From: Alphaproteobacteria bacterium
GTDB lineage: Bacteria > Pseudomonadota > Alphaproteobacteria > Caulobacterales > Maricaulaceae
Reading direction: 5' to 3'
NCBI GenBank assembly: GCA_051252005.1
Contig: JBPOEZ010000003.1
Coordinates: 164,984-228,983, forward strand
Length of the DNA stretch: 64,000 bases
In this document: piece by piece, positions 26,733 to 34,754 of the stretch
How the letters are laid out: every line of letters begins with the position of its first letter
Numbering within the stretch: position 1 is the first letter of the stretch
Translations under genes and position numbers: made by a program
Notes under the pieces: model-generated
Told to the model about the DNA's origin: nothing
The model's database searches: none
The model's input: only the letters and a program-made list of their open reading frames with translations

Positions 26733-28007
26733 TTAATGTCCGTGACCATCGCCAAAGGCATCTTTTTCGAGCTGAGCTTTAAGCGTGAACGCACCTTCTG
26801 AGACAAAACTATCTCCGGCGCGTAGGCCTGACTGTATTTCGACGTAACCACCGGATTCAGATCCAATCGCCACAGATTGCGGGCTAAATCCGCCCTCGAC
26901 AGGCACGAAGACAGATATTTTGTTTTCGACTGTTTGAACGGAGCCGAGCGGAACACGTAGAACCGGCTGGGATTGCCCGACGCTGATGTCTGCTGTTACA
27001 AACTGCCCGGGGCGCAAGTTACCACCGGGATTATCTAGGATAACCCGCGCCGTGGCTGTGCGTGAGGTCTCATTAATTATGGGAAGAATAAAGGCGACGC
27101 TCGACTCTGCCAAAATATCGCCGTCATCAGATTTAAGAACAACGCGCGCCTGTTTTTTTATGCGGCTGATATCTTGCTTATAAACACCAATATCTGCCCA
27201 AACTACACTATCGTCAGCTATCGTGAACAGCGTTTGCGAACTTGCGTCGCCTGCGGAAACGGTTTCACCTAACGTCACGCTACGGCGGACTATTGTGCCG
27301 CTGATCGGCGCTCTCAAATATGAGTTGGAATTATCGCCGTCATCTGCCGTTGCGACTTTTTCCAATGCAGCATCGCTCACCCCCGCAGCATGGAGCTCAT
27401 TCTCAGCAGCGTCTTTTGCAGCTGTCATGGCTTCAAAATTGGCGCGGGCGGCTTGAACGTCAGCCTCGGCAGTAATTTTTTCAGCAAAGAGGTTTTCTTC
27501 TCGCGCCAGCGCTTTACCCGCTAAGGCCGATTGAGTTTGCGCTTTCAGCCAAACCGCTTTCAACCCTGCTAATTCGCGGCTGGAAATCAGCGCCAGCGTA
27601 TCCCCGCGCTTTACAGCATCGCCTTCGCTTGCATAAAGTTTGGCAATGATACCGCTGACCCTCGGCGATATATTGGCGACCCGATCTGCATCAAAACGGA
27701 TTTCAGCCGGTAGGCTGATATATTGACCTAGCTCTCCGAGCGTTGCTTGGGACACAACTATACCGGCTTCACGCGCGGCAGGCTCGGTCAATTTCACGAT
27801 GTCTTCATCACCGTCTTCGTCGCCATGCTCATCACCATGTTCGTCTTCATGGCCACCCTTATCAGCTCCATGATCATCGGAGCTTTGGGCCGAAGTTGGT
27901 GATATATTGGTGTCGGATTGTTGAATAACCCCTTTGTCGGCTCCGCAGGCTGTCAAAAGCAAAGCGGTTACGACTAAGGCCGTATTCAGTAGAAAATACT
28001 TTTTCAT
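26733..28007 (-). CDS. czcB: RND adaptor subunit (CzcB-like) with His/Asp/Glu-rich N- and C-termini
   Basis: Lipobox LTAC. DDHGADKGGHEDEHGDEHGDEDGDED. Ends in GDGHGH. Confidence 0.85.
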   Translation of the reverse strand: MKKYFLLNTALVVTALLLTACGADKGVIQQSDTNISPTSAQSSDDHGADKGGHEDEHGDEHGDEDGDEDIVKLTEPAAREAGIVVSQATLGELGQYISLPAEIRFDADRVANISPRVSGIIAKLYASEGDAVKRGDTLALISSRELAGLKAVWLKAQTQSALAGKALAREENLFAEKITAEADVQAARANFEAMTAAKDAAENELHAAGVSDAALEKVATADDGDNSNSYLRAPISGTIVRRSVTLGETVSAGDASSQTLFTIADDSVVWADIGVYKQDISRIKKQARVVLKSDDGDILAESSVAFILPIINETSRTATARVILDNPGGNLRPGQFVTADISVGQSQPVLRVPLGSVQTVENKISVFVPVEGGFSPQSVAIGSESGGYVEIQSGLRAGDSFVSEGAFTLKAQLEKDAFGDGHGH

Positions 28008-29299
28008 TGGATGTCTCCATTAAAGGGGGACGCACCTGTAAGGCTGCGTAATTTCATGTCTTGAGTGTTGACGATGCGCGCTGCATCAATGACCGCAAGC
28101 CCGGCTTCAATCAGGGCTTTACGGGCATTGAGCGTTGTCGTGAGGTCAAACTTTCCTGCCTGATACCCTTTGACAGACGCGTCATAGGCTGACCGTGCGT
28201 CAGGAAGCGCTTCATTTTCCAAAAGTATGAGCTGCTTTTGCGCAGATATGAGCTGCGCGCGCGCGGCATTTTGTTGTGAGCGCAGATCACGTTCAACCGC
28301 AACGCGGTTAAGTATTTCTGCCTGATGCCGAAACTCGGCGGCTTTCACGGCACCCTTGTTTCGATCAAATATTGGAAAGGGAACGCTCACGCCAAATAAC
28401 AGGGCGTTATCATTACCCTGCTCAAATCGCCTCAAACCGGCACTGAGGGTTATATCAGGCATAGATTGGGACTTAGCCAAGTCTTGATTAGCTTCGCTGA
28501 CAACAGTCTGTGCGCTCGCCATATTCAATAAAGGATGGCCTGCAATCCGGCTTTCGCCAATCACCGAAGACGGCAATGGCGCTGGCGTTCGGGCAATAGG
28601 CGCGGCAAATTTGGGATCAGCGTTGCCCCACATGCCCGCCAACATATAACGGAGTGTGTCCGTGCGCGCATTTGCGCGTTCAGCGGCGGCTTTCAGAGCC
28701 ACAGCATCAGCCCGGGATCTCGAAAGCTCAGGCGGAGCGCTTGCTCCGGCTTTCACCCGCTTACCTACAGTTTCTACGAGCGTTTGAGCTAAAAGAGCGG
28801 ACTCATTTGCAAAATTCGCGACCTGAAAAGCGGCCTCCAATTCATAGAATAAGATTGCCGCTTCGAGTTGGGTTTCCCGCAATATAGCGCTGCATTCTGC
28901 ACTCGCGAGTGCAGCATTCGCGCTTGCTGCGTCTCTACGAAGACGACGTTTATCGCCAAGCTCTAAAGTTTGAGCGAAAGAGAACGTCGCTTCCGATTGC
29001 CCAAATCCTGACAGAGCGCCCGATCCTGCAAAGTTTTCCAGTTCAACACCCACGACAGGGTTAAGTCGGCGTCCGGCTTGCTCCACTTCGGCCTGACGGG
29101 CTTTCGTTTCTAAAGCGGCGCGCCGAACCTGCGGAGAGGCATTAGTGATTTCTGCCATAACGGCAGGCAAAGTAAGCGGCGCGCCGGGCATAATTGCCGA
29201 CGCAGATTGATTCGACTCACCGCAGGGAGCCGCGACCGCAACACCCGCAAAGGCGGTTGCGGTCAGAACGCATACCGCGCCCCGTAATAATTTTAACAT
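28004..29299 (-). CDS. czcC: TolC-family outer membrane factor (CzcC-like)
   Basis: OEP repeats, and a 4-nt overlap with the adaptor gene. Confidence 0.8.
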   Translation of the reverse strand: MLKLLRGAVCVLTATAFAGVAVAAPCGESNQSASAIMPGAPLTLPAVMAEITNASPQVRRAALETKARQAEVEQAGRRLNPVVGVELENFAGSGALSGFGQSEATFSFAQTLELGDKRRLRRDAASANAALASAECSAILRETQLEAAILFYELEAAFQVANFANESALLAQTLVETVGKRVKAGASAPPELSRSRADAVALKAAAERANARTDTLRYMLAGMWGNADPKFAAPIARTPAPLPSSVIGESRIAGHPLLNMASAQTVVSEANQDLAKSQSMPDITLSAGLRRFEQGNDNALLFGVSVPFPIFDRNKGAVKAAEFRHQAEILNRVAVERDLRSQQNAARAQLISAQKQLILLENEALPDARSAYDASVKGYQAGKFDLTTTLNARKALIEAGLAVIDAARIVNTQDMKLRSLTGASPFNGDIQ

Positions 29300-29364
29300 T
29301 GAAATTTATTCCTCGTGATAACCTAGAGACAAAACCAAGTGACAACTTGGCTATTTGCTAAAGG

Positions 29365-29721
29365 TTAGGCACGGGGAGGACGATACAGACCCATAGGAGC
29401 CGCGCGAGGCGCGACGTCGTAGACATTAAGACTATATCCGAGCCTGGCTGATATAGTATCAGCAGCCGACGCCAGTTGGAGCGAGGTTGCATGGATATGA
29501 CAGCTTCCACAGTTGTGAGCATGATGATCATGTGGCGGCTTGTTCGGTCGTTCCTGCTTTTGATCAACAGAGGCTGAGGACACAGCACCTTCATCCTGAC
29601 AAGCAATCTCATCCGGCTCTACGGGATGAATATCCGGCGTCACCGTTGCAAAGCTCATCATAACCGCCACGCAGACAGTCAGCCAAAATTTGGCAAGGGA
29701 TATGTAGCGTGTTGCAAACAT
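29365..29721 (-). CDS. CzcI-like small periplasmic His/Cys protein
   Basis: N-terminal TM/signal segment, HDHHAHNCGSCHIH motif, C-terminal RPPRA. First gene of the czc operon. Confidence 0.5.
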   Translation of the reverse strand: MFATRYISLAKFWLTVCVAVMMSFATVTPDIHPVEPDEIACQDEGAVSSASVDQKQERPNKPPHDHHAHNCGSCHIHATSLQLASAADTISARLGYSLNVYDVAPRAAPMGLYRPPRA

Positions 29722-29727
29722 TGGGTC

Positions 29728-29758
29728 TAATTAGCACCTACAGTCACTGGAGGGTCAA
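29728..29758 (-). promoter_or_regulatory. MerR-type promoter (TTGACC-N19-TAATTA) with dyad CCTCCAGTGACTGTAGG
   Basis: Read on the minus strand. The 19-bp spacer contains an imperfect copy of the operator found at 30245-30259. Confidence 0.6.
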
Positions 29759-29776
29759 GAGAATAATACAGTCTGC

Positions 29777-30226
29777 TTATCCGATAGGTGTAAATTCTTT
29801 GTGAGTGTGATGATCGTCCAGACATTCGTCATGATTTGAAAGTGTTTGCAGTACTTTGCAATTCGCAATAACGCCGCCTGCGCAAGTAGACACCATGTGT
29901 TTTAATTCTGCCTCTAACGCTTCGAGTTGACTAAGCCGCCGCCTAACATCAGCGAGTTGTCGCCGCGCTATGCGGTCAACGCTGGCGCAATCAGTACCGG
30001 GGCTTTCTTGAAGATCAATCAAGTCTCGGATAGCTTCAATGGGAAAGCCTAGGTCTCTTGCGTGACGGATAAAATTTAAGCGCTCAACCGCAGCCTCGTC
30101 ATATATACGTTGCCCGCTGCCCGTTCTGTCAGGCTCCCGAATGAGTCCTATAGATTCATAGTAACGAATGGTCGTGACTTTTACGCCGCATTCGCGGGAC
30201 AGGATGCCAATGGTTTTCCGGCTCAT
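29777..30226 (-). CDS. MerR-family metal-responsive regulator (ZntR/CadR-like)
   Basis: The N-terminal HTH KVTTIRYYESIGLI. Cys in PGTDCAS plus CAGGVIANC in the metal-binding loop, a pattern expected for divalent-metal sensors. Confidence 0.8.
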   Translation of the reverse strand: MSRKTIGILSRECGVKVTTIRYYESIGLIREPDRTGSGQRIYDEAAVERLNFIRHARDLGFPIEAIRDLIDLQESPGTDCASVDRIARRQLADVRRRLSQLEALEAELKHMVSTCAGGVIANCKVLQTLSNHDECLDDHHTHKEFTPIG

Positions 30227-30238
30227 ATCATTTTTCTC

Positions 30239-30269
30239 TTGCCTCTACAGTGACTGTAGACAGTAGATT
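30239..30269 (+). promoter_or_regulatory. MerR-type promoter TTGCCT-N19-TAGATT with a perfect dyad CTACAGT-G-ACTGTAG
   Basis: Lies between the divergent merR-family gene and the CDF gene. The 19-bp spacer is the MerR-family hallmark. Confidence 0.7.
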
Positions 30270-30302
30270 ATTCTCGAAATTGCACAAGAGGACGATGATA
30301 AG

Positions 30303-30935
30303 ATGAGTGGATGTTGCGACGATAAAGTTTTTGAGGGTATGTCAGACGGCTATAAACGCGCCTTGATGACGGTAATCCTGATCAATGCTATCATGTTCTT
30401 TGTGGAGATAACAGCGGGTCTCAAATCAGGTTCCCAAGCTCTACTCGCTGACTCTCTGGATTTTGCAGGCGATAGCGCGACCTACACGATTAGCTTCTTG
30501 GTGATCGGCGCGTCATTGCGCACGCGCGCCATGGCATCTCTCTTTAAGGGGGGCAGCCTTGCTGTCATTGCCATGATTATCTTGGCATCGTCTTTATATC
30601 GCTTTTTAGGTGACACAGTCCCGGCGGCGGAGACTATGGGCCTCATCGGGTTTCTGGCCCTGCTGGCCAATCTCACGAGCCTGTTGGTTTTAATGCGTTG
30701 GCGCGATGGCGATTCAAATGTGCGGTCTGTCTGGCTTTGTTCGCGCAATGACGCCATTGGTAATGTCGGCGTTATCATCGCCGGGATCGTGGTCGCAATA
30801 ACGGGCGCGGCTTGGCCAGATTTACTGGTCGCTATCCTACTTGCAACACTGTTCTTACGCTCTGCCGTCTCAATCGTTTCACAGGCGCGAGCCGAACTTA
30901 AATTTGGTGAGGTTATCCAACATGATAAATGCTGA
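30303..30935 (+). CDS. Short cation diffusion facilitator (CDF) transporter, membrane domain only
   Basis: LLADSLDFAGDS and SRNDAIGN motifs. About 6 TM helices and no cytoplasmic C-terminal domain. Confidence 0.7.
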   Translation: MSGCCDDKVFEGMSDGYKRALMTVILINAIMFFVEITAGLKSGSQALLADSLDFAGDSATYTISFLVIGASLRTRAMASLFKGGSLAVIAMIILASSLYRFLGDTVPAAETMGLIGFLALLANLTSLLVLMRWRDGDSNVRSVWLCSRNDAIGNVGVIIAGIVVAITGAAWPDLLVAILLATLFLRSAVSIVSQARAELKFGEVIQHDKC

Positions 30936-31485
30936 AACAGGTCTGATTGGACTGATGCTCTTTAATGGCTTTCTATCAATTCCATTTGGGATTCTCGCTA
31001 AACGCTCCTTTGCAAAAAACGGTAATCTCACGCCTTTTCTGGCCGCTTGGTCTGGCGTTGCGATGCACGGCCACGCTTTGATGACCTTTGGGATTGCATG
31101 GATAAACCGAGGAACCCTTTACAAGCCGCTATATTGGACGGTTTTGCCGGGGCTTCTGGTCCTAACAGTGGGCGCTTATATTATCTATCTTGGGCGGAAG
31201 GCTTATGGTGATCAATCACGGGTCTACGGGCTAAAAGAAGATTCCCTGATTACTCACGGCATTTATACCCGATCTCGAAACCCGCAATATTTTGGTTATG
31301 GCCTCATGTTCTTGGGAGCTGCGATTGCGTCAGGGTCAATGCTGGCCTTTGTCTTCGTCGCTGTGTTTGCCCTCATGGTGCATGTTGGAATAACAAAGGT
31401 TGAAGAACCGCATCTTGAATGCATATTTGGCAGACCATTTTCAGACTATAAAAAAAGGGTTGGTCGATATTTTACTTTATTGTGA
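30922..31485 (+). CDS. ICMT / phospholipid-methyltransferase-family membrane protein
   Basis: Track ORF 30841..31485. The ATG at 30922 is preferred because it overlaps the CDF gene by only 14 nt. RSRNPQYFGYGLMFLG motif. Confidence 0.65.
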   Translation: MINAETGLIGLMLFNGFLSIPFGILAKRSFAKNGNLTPFLAAWSGVAMHGHALMTFGIAWINRGTLYKPLYWTVLPGLLVLTVGAYIIYLGRKAYGDQSRVYGLKEDSLITHGIYTRSRNPQYFGYGLMFLGAAIASGSMLAFVFVAVFALMVHVGITKVEEPHLECIFGRPFSDYKKRVGRYFTLL

Positions 31486-31642
31486 AAAGAGATTTGCCTT
31501 TCAAGGTGACTACTTTCAAACTTAAGGCTGTCAGCGATAGTCTTAGCATCGCCTCAAGAATAGTACGGGGCTAATGACCAATTTGGGGATGGACTTTCTT
31601 TTTTTAAGTGCCCGAAATAGATCGAATACTCTGCATATCGCA

Positions 31643-31844
31643 AACATTACCAGAGGCCGTGTTTGGGCGTTTTAAGACTCCGAGCTAAGGTCGTCTTAGA
31701 GGATCTTTTTCCGTTTTCCATTATCTTCCACAACCCACTGGACTTCCTTCGCAAAGGAAGCAGTAGTGTCTTGCGGCCCTGATGTGAGGGCCTTGTCTCA
31801 GTAGTAGCGGTCACATTGAGTGATCGCCAATCACGGAGACCAAA
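31643..31844 (+). promoter_or_regulatory. Complete conserved leader of recombinase module 2 (head = repeat copy E, 31643-31704)
   Basis: Begins with AACATTACCAGAGGCCGTGTTTGGGCG. Hairpins CTTCCTT-cgca-AAGGAAG and GGCCCT-gatgtg-AGGGCC. RBS GGAGA before the ATG at 31845. Confidence 0.65.
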
Positions 31845-32090
31845 ATGGACACTCAAACACAAACATTAGATATCAAAGCCCCGCGCGCAGGGAGCAAACA
31901 GGCAAAGCTTGTGGCCATGCTATCGCGTAAATCAGGGGTCACGCTTGCAAAGGCGAGTGAGGCATTGGAATGGCTTCCTCATACAACGTCAGCCGCCATG
32001 ACTGGCTTGCGTAAGCGCGGTTACGTCATCACCAGCATAAAACGGGAAACCAAAGACATGCTATATGTCATTCACCCGGATGAGGCATAG
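31845..32090 (+). CDS. DUF3489-like small winged-helix protein (paralogue of 5156..5404)
   Basis: MDTQTQTLDIKAPRAGSKQAKLVAMLSRKSGVTLAKASEALEWLPHTTSAAMTGLRKRGY. Confidence 0.8.
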   Translation: MDTQTQTLDIKAPRAGSKQAKLVAMLSRKSGVTLAKASEALEWLPHTTSAAMTGLRKRGYVITSIKRETKDMLYVIHPDEA

Positions 32091-32092
32091 CC

Positions 32093-32608
32093 GTGGCAAG
32101 CAGCCATAAAGTAGCGGCGGGCCTTCTTGAACTATCAGACATGGACCGCGCGGGATTAGCGGCTAAGTGGCAGGATATTATGCACCGCCCTGCCCCAAAG
32201 GCCGCCAGCCGTATATTTCTCCTTCGGGCCTTATCTTTTGAGCTTCAAAGCAAACATGCACCCGGTCTGGGCAAGGCAGACCTAAAGGCCCTGAGGGCAA
32301 GCTTTGGTAAAATCTCCAGTGTCGGGGCCGACAACATCAGGGAAGATGTAGGCGGCACTGCAGTGAGTGTAGATCAGCCCTTGGGACCTAAGGCTAAGCC
32401 AAAACGGAAGTCTTCGCCTCGCCTTAGCTTAGTCCCCGGCTCCCGCCTTGTGCGCGAATGGAACGGTCATGCCTATACGGTGGCCGTTATCAAAGAAGGC
32501 TTTGTCTATAAAGACAGGACATGGAGCTCGCTCTCTGCCATTGCCAAAGATATCACGGGCGCCCACTGGTCTGGCCCGCGCTTCTTTGGGCTGGATAGTG
32601 CCGCCTGA
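32093..32608 (+). CDS. DUF2924-like protein (paralogue of 5404..5904)
   Basis: GTG start. C-terminus WNGHAYTVAVIKEGFVYKDRTWSSLSAIAKDITGAHWSGPRFFGL. Confidence 0.75.
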   Translation: MASSHKVAAGLLELSDMDRAGLAAKWQDIMHRPAPKAASRIFLLRALSFELQSKHAPGLGKADLKALRASFGKISSVGADNIREDVGGTAVSVDQPLGPKAKPKRKSSPRLSLVPGSRLVREWNGHAYTVAVIKEGFVYKDRTWSSLSAIAKDITGAHWSGPRFFGLDSAA

Positions 32609-34302
32609 TGCCCTCGGGTCGTAAACGCTGCGCGGTCTATACGAGGAAGTCCACTGAGGAAGGACTGCAGCAGGACTTTAACTCTCTGGACGCGCAAGCT
32701 GAGAGCTGCTCGGCCTATATCCTGTCTCAAGCGGGGGAGGGCTGGAGCCATATAGGCAAAGTCTATTCAGACGGCGGTATATCGGGCGGTCATATGGAAC
32801 GGCCCGGTTTATTGGCCATGATTGCCGACATTGAATCGGGGTTAATTGATATTGTTGTTGTCTATAAGGTGGATAGGCTTACCCGGTCTCTGGCCGACTT
32901 TGCCAAGCTTGTAGATGTGTTTGATAAGCACCGTGTGTCCTTTGTCTCAATCACCCAAGCTTTTAATACCACCACCAGTATGGGACGGCTGACACTCAAT
33001 GTCCTGCTCTCCTTTGCCCAATTTGAACGCGAAGTCACAGCAGAGCGTATCAGGGATAAGATAGCCGCCTCTAAGAAGCGCGGACAGTGGATGGGAGGCT
33101 TGCCGCCCCTTGGGTATGATAATATTGATAAGAAGCTCGTGGTGAGTGCTGGTGAAGCCAGAACAGTAAAACATATCATGAAACGCTATGTGGATATGAA
33201 GTCCGTGAGCAAGCTTAAGACCGAACTGGATAGGGATGGCTATCTGACAAAGAGCAGAATGACCAAGAAAAAGTCACAAACGGGCGGCAGGCCCTTTAGT
33301 CGGGGGCATCTCTACAAGCTGCTTTGTAATCCCGTTTACATAGGCAAGATCACGCATAAGGGCGAAGTGTTTGACGGGCAGCATGAGCCCATTGTTGATC
33401 AAGAATTATGGGAGCAAGTTCAGGCGGGTCTGAAGCATAATGCACCCAAGCGCAGGCGATCCATCAACATCGCGTCCAATAGTCTTCTCACAGGTATGAT
33501 ATACGGCGAGGAAGGTGAGCGTCTTACGCCCATCCATTCTAAGAAGCCCAATGGCCGGAGATATCGCTACTATATCTCCGCAAGGTTATCCAAAGGTGAG
33601 ATGGATGATGGGACAGCTCTGCGGCTTCCGGCCAAACAGATAGAAGGCCATGTCATCAACCGGCTGACTGATCTGCTGGGCCATACAAGCCAAATGATGC
33701 AGATGGCTGGCAGCCAGCAGATAAAGCCGCATCAGGCCTCTAAGCTGGACGTGCATGCTAATGAGCTCTCACAGCGCATCACATCAGATAATATTGATAC
33801 CCAGAGAACCGTGCTGATTGATCTCATCTCCCAGATAACTATTAGCCCCAAAGACCTAACACTGGACCTACGAAGAGACGTCTTACTCCCCGAGTGCCTT
33901 AAATCCAGCAAACCCAAAAGCGGAGGCGACAACATCGCCTCCCTCAGCTACCCGCTGCAGATGAAACGGCGCGGGGTTGAGACCAAGCTTATTATTGGCG
34001 GCGTAGCCTTAGGCCACCCGGACCCCGAACTTATAAAGCTGATTGCCAAAGCTAGGGGTTGGTATGACGGGCTTAAGAGAGGACGATATGAATCCATCAA
34101 AGACATCGGGGTCGCCCATAAATTGGATAACGGCGATGTCAGCCGCACGCTGTCTCTCGCCTTCCTCGCTCCGTCAATCATTCATGATATCATTGCAGGA
34201 AAACATCCCGTTGATCTCACGCCAAGAGACATAAGCCGCAAAGCTTCACGGCTACCATTAGATTGGGCTCAGCAGCGCAAGTTTCTGGGCATGAAAGCCT
34301 AG
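32608..34302 (+). CDS. Large serine recombinase (paralogue of 5904..7598, same 564-aa length)
   Basis: CAVYTRKSTEEGLQQDFNSLDAQ. Highly similar to copy 1 over the N-terminal two thirds and more diverged around residues 350-450. Confidence 0.9.
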   Translation: MPSGRKRCAVYTRKSTEEGLQQDFNSLDAQAESCSAYILSQAGEGWSHIGKVYSDGGISGGHMERPGLLAMIADIESGLIDIVVVYKVDRLTRSLADFAKLVDVFDKHRVSFVSITQAFNTTTSMGRLTLNVLLSFAQFEREVTAERIRDKIAASKKRGQWMGGLPPLGYDNIDKKLVVSAGEARTVKHIMKRYVDMKSVSKLKTELDRDGYLTKSRMTKKKSQTGGRPFSRGHLYKLLCNPVYIGKITHKGEVFDGQHEPIVDQELWEQVQAGLKHNAPKRRRSINIASNSLLTGMIYGEEGERLTPIHSKKPNGRRYRYYISARLSKGEMDDGTALRLPAKQIEGHVINRLTDLLGHTSQMMQMAGSQQIKPHQASKLDVHANELSQRITSDNIDTQRTVLIDLISQITISPKDLTLDLRRDVLLPECLKSSKPKSGGDNIASLSYPLQMKRRGVETKLIIGGVALGHPDPELIKLIAKARGWYDGLKRGRYESIKDIGVAHKLDNGDVSRTLSLAFLAPSIIHDIIAGKHPVDLTPRDISRKASRLPLDWAQQRKFLGMKA

Positions 34303-34343
34303 CCAGCCCAACACCTCCCTCTAATCATTTACATCACGCCAGT

Positions 34344-34541
34344 ATGCAGACTACATCTGGCAGGAAACATGTTGGACGCGGAATTTGGGATCTGAGACGC
34401 GTCTCAAAATAGGCCCTATTATAGGCCAATTACCGTCTCTTATCGCGTCTCTACTTCGCTCATATCCGGCTAAACCCCCGTTACTACGGGGCTTTCTCAG
34501 GTAGTACGTATCGGTGGTGAAAAGCGCAGAGTGCGTGGTAG
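34344..34541 (+). repeat. Conserved non-coding arm downstream of recombinase 2 (copy 2 of 2), running into the tRNA 3' end
   Basis: Colinear with 7634-7831. The last bases, TGGTA, are the complement of the tRNA ..TACCA end. Confidence 0.8.
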
Positions 34542-34612
34542 GGGGAGAGGGACTTGAACCCCCGACCAGTCCGTTATGAGCGGACGGCTCTAACCAACTG
34601 AGCTATCCCCCC
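34536..34612 (-). tRNA. tRNA with anticodon CAT (elongator Met, or Ile2 if lysidine-modified)
   Basis: Hand-folded: GGGGGGA/TA/GCTC-AGTTGGTTA-GAGC/C/GTCCG-CTCATAA-CGGAC/TGGTC/GGGGG-TTCAAGT-CCCTC/TCCCCCT-A-CCA. 77 nt with an encoded CCA. A G1-U72 pair rules out the initiator type. Confidence 0.85.
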
Positions 34613-34754
34613 ATTGGTAATCAGCGCGCGGTATAGCGCGGGATCGCGTCTGTGGAAAGACCTTTTATGACGTCAAAGTACGCATGTTTTCTGTCTGCTA
34701 CGCAATATTGTTTCGCGCATACGCCTATGCCATAATGAGGCATGGAGATTTACT

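Larger units (their letters stand above)
7832..34540. mobile_element. Integrative metal-resistance island 2 (~26.7 kb) next to tRNA(CAT)
   Basis: The right end is recombinase module 2 plus the arm abutting the tRNA 3' end. The left end is where the arm repeat of island 1 stops. The cargo is entirely metal-resistance genes plus one IS. Confidence 0.7.

Noticed and set aside
30841-30921. Upstream extension of the ICMT-like ORF (track start 30841)
   Set aside because: It would overlap the CDF gene by 95 nt. The ATG at 30922 gives a normal hydrophobic N-terminus and only a short overlap.
34467-34490. Possible relic of a tRNA T-arm (CCGGCTAAACCCCCG against GACTTGAACCCCCG) inside the conserved arm
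   Set aside because: Only ~10 nt match, which is mostly a C-run. That is insufficient to call a duplicated tRNA fragment.
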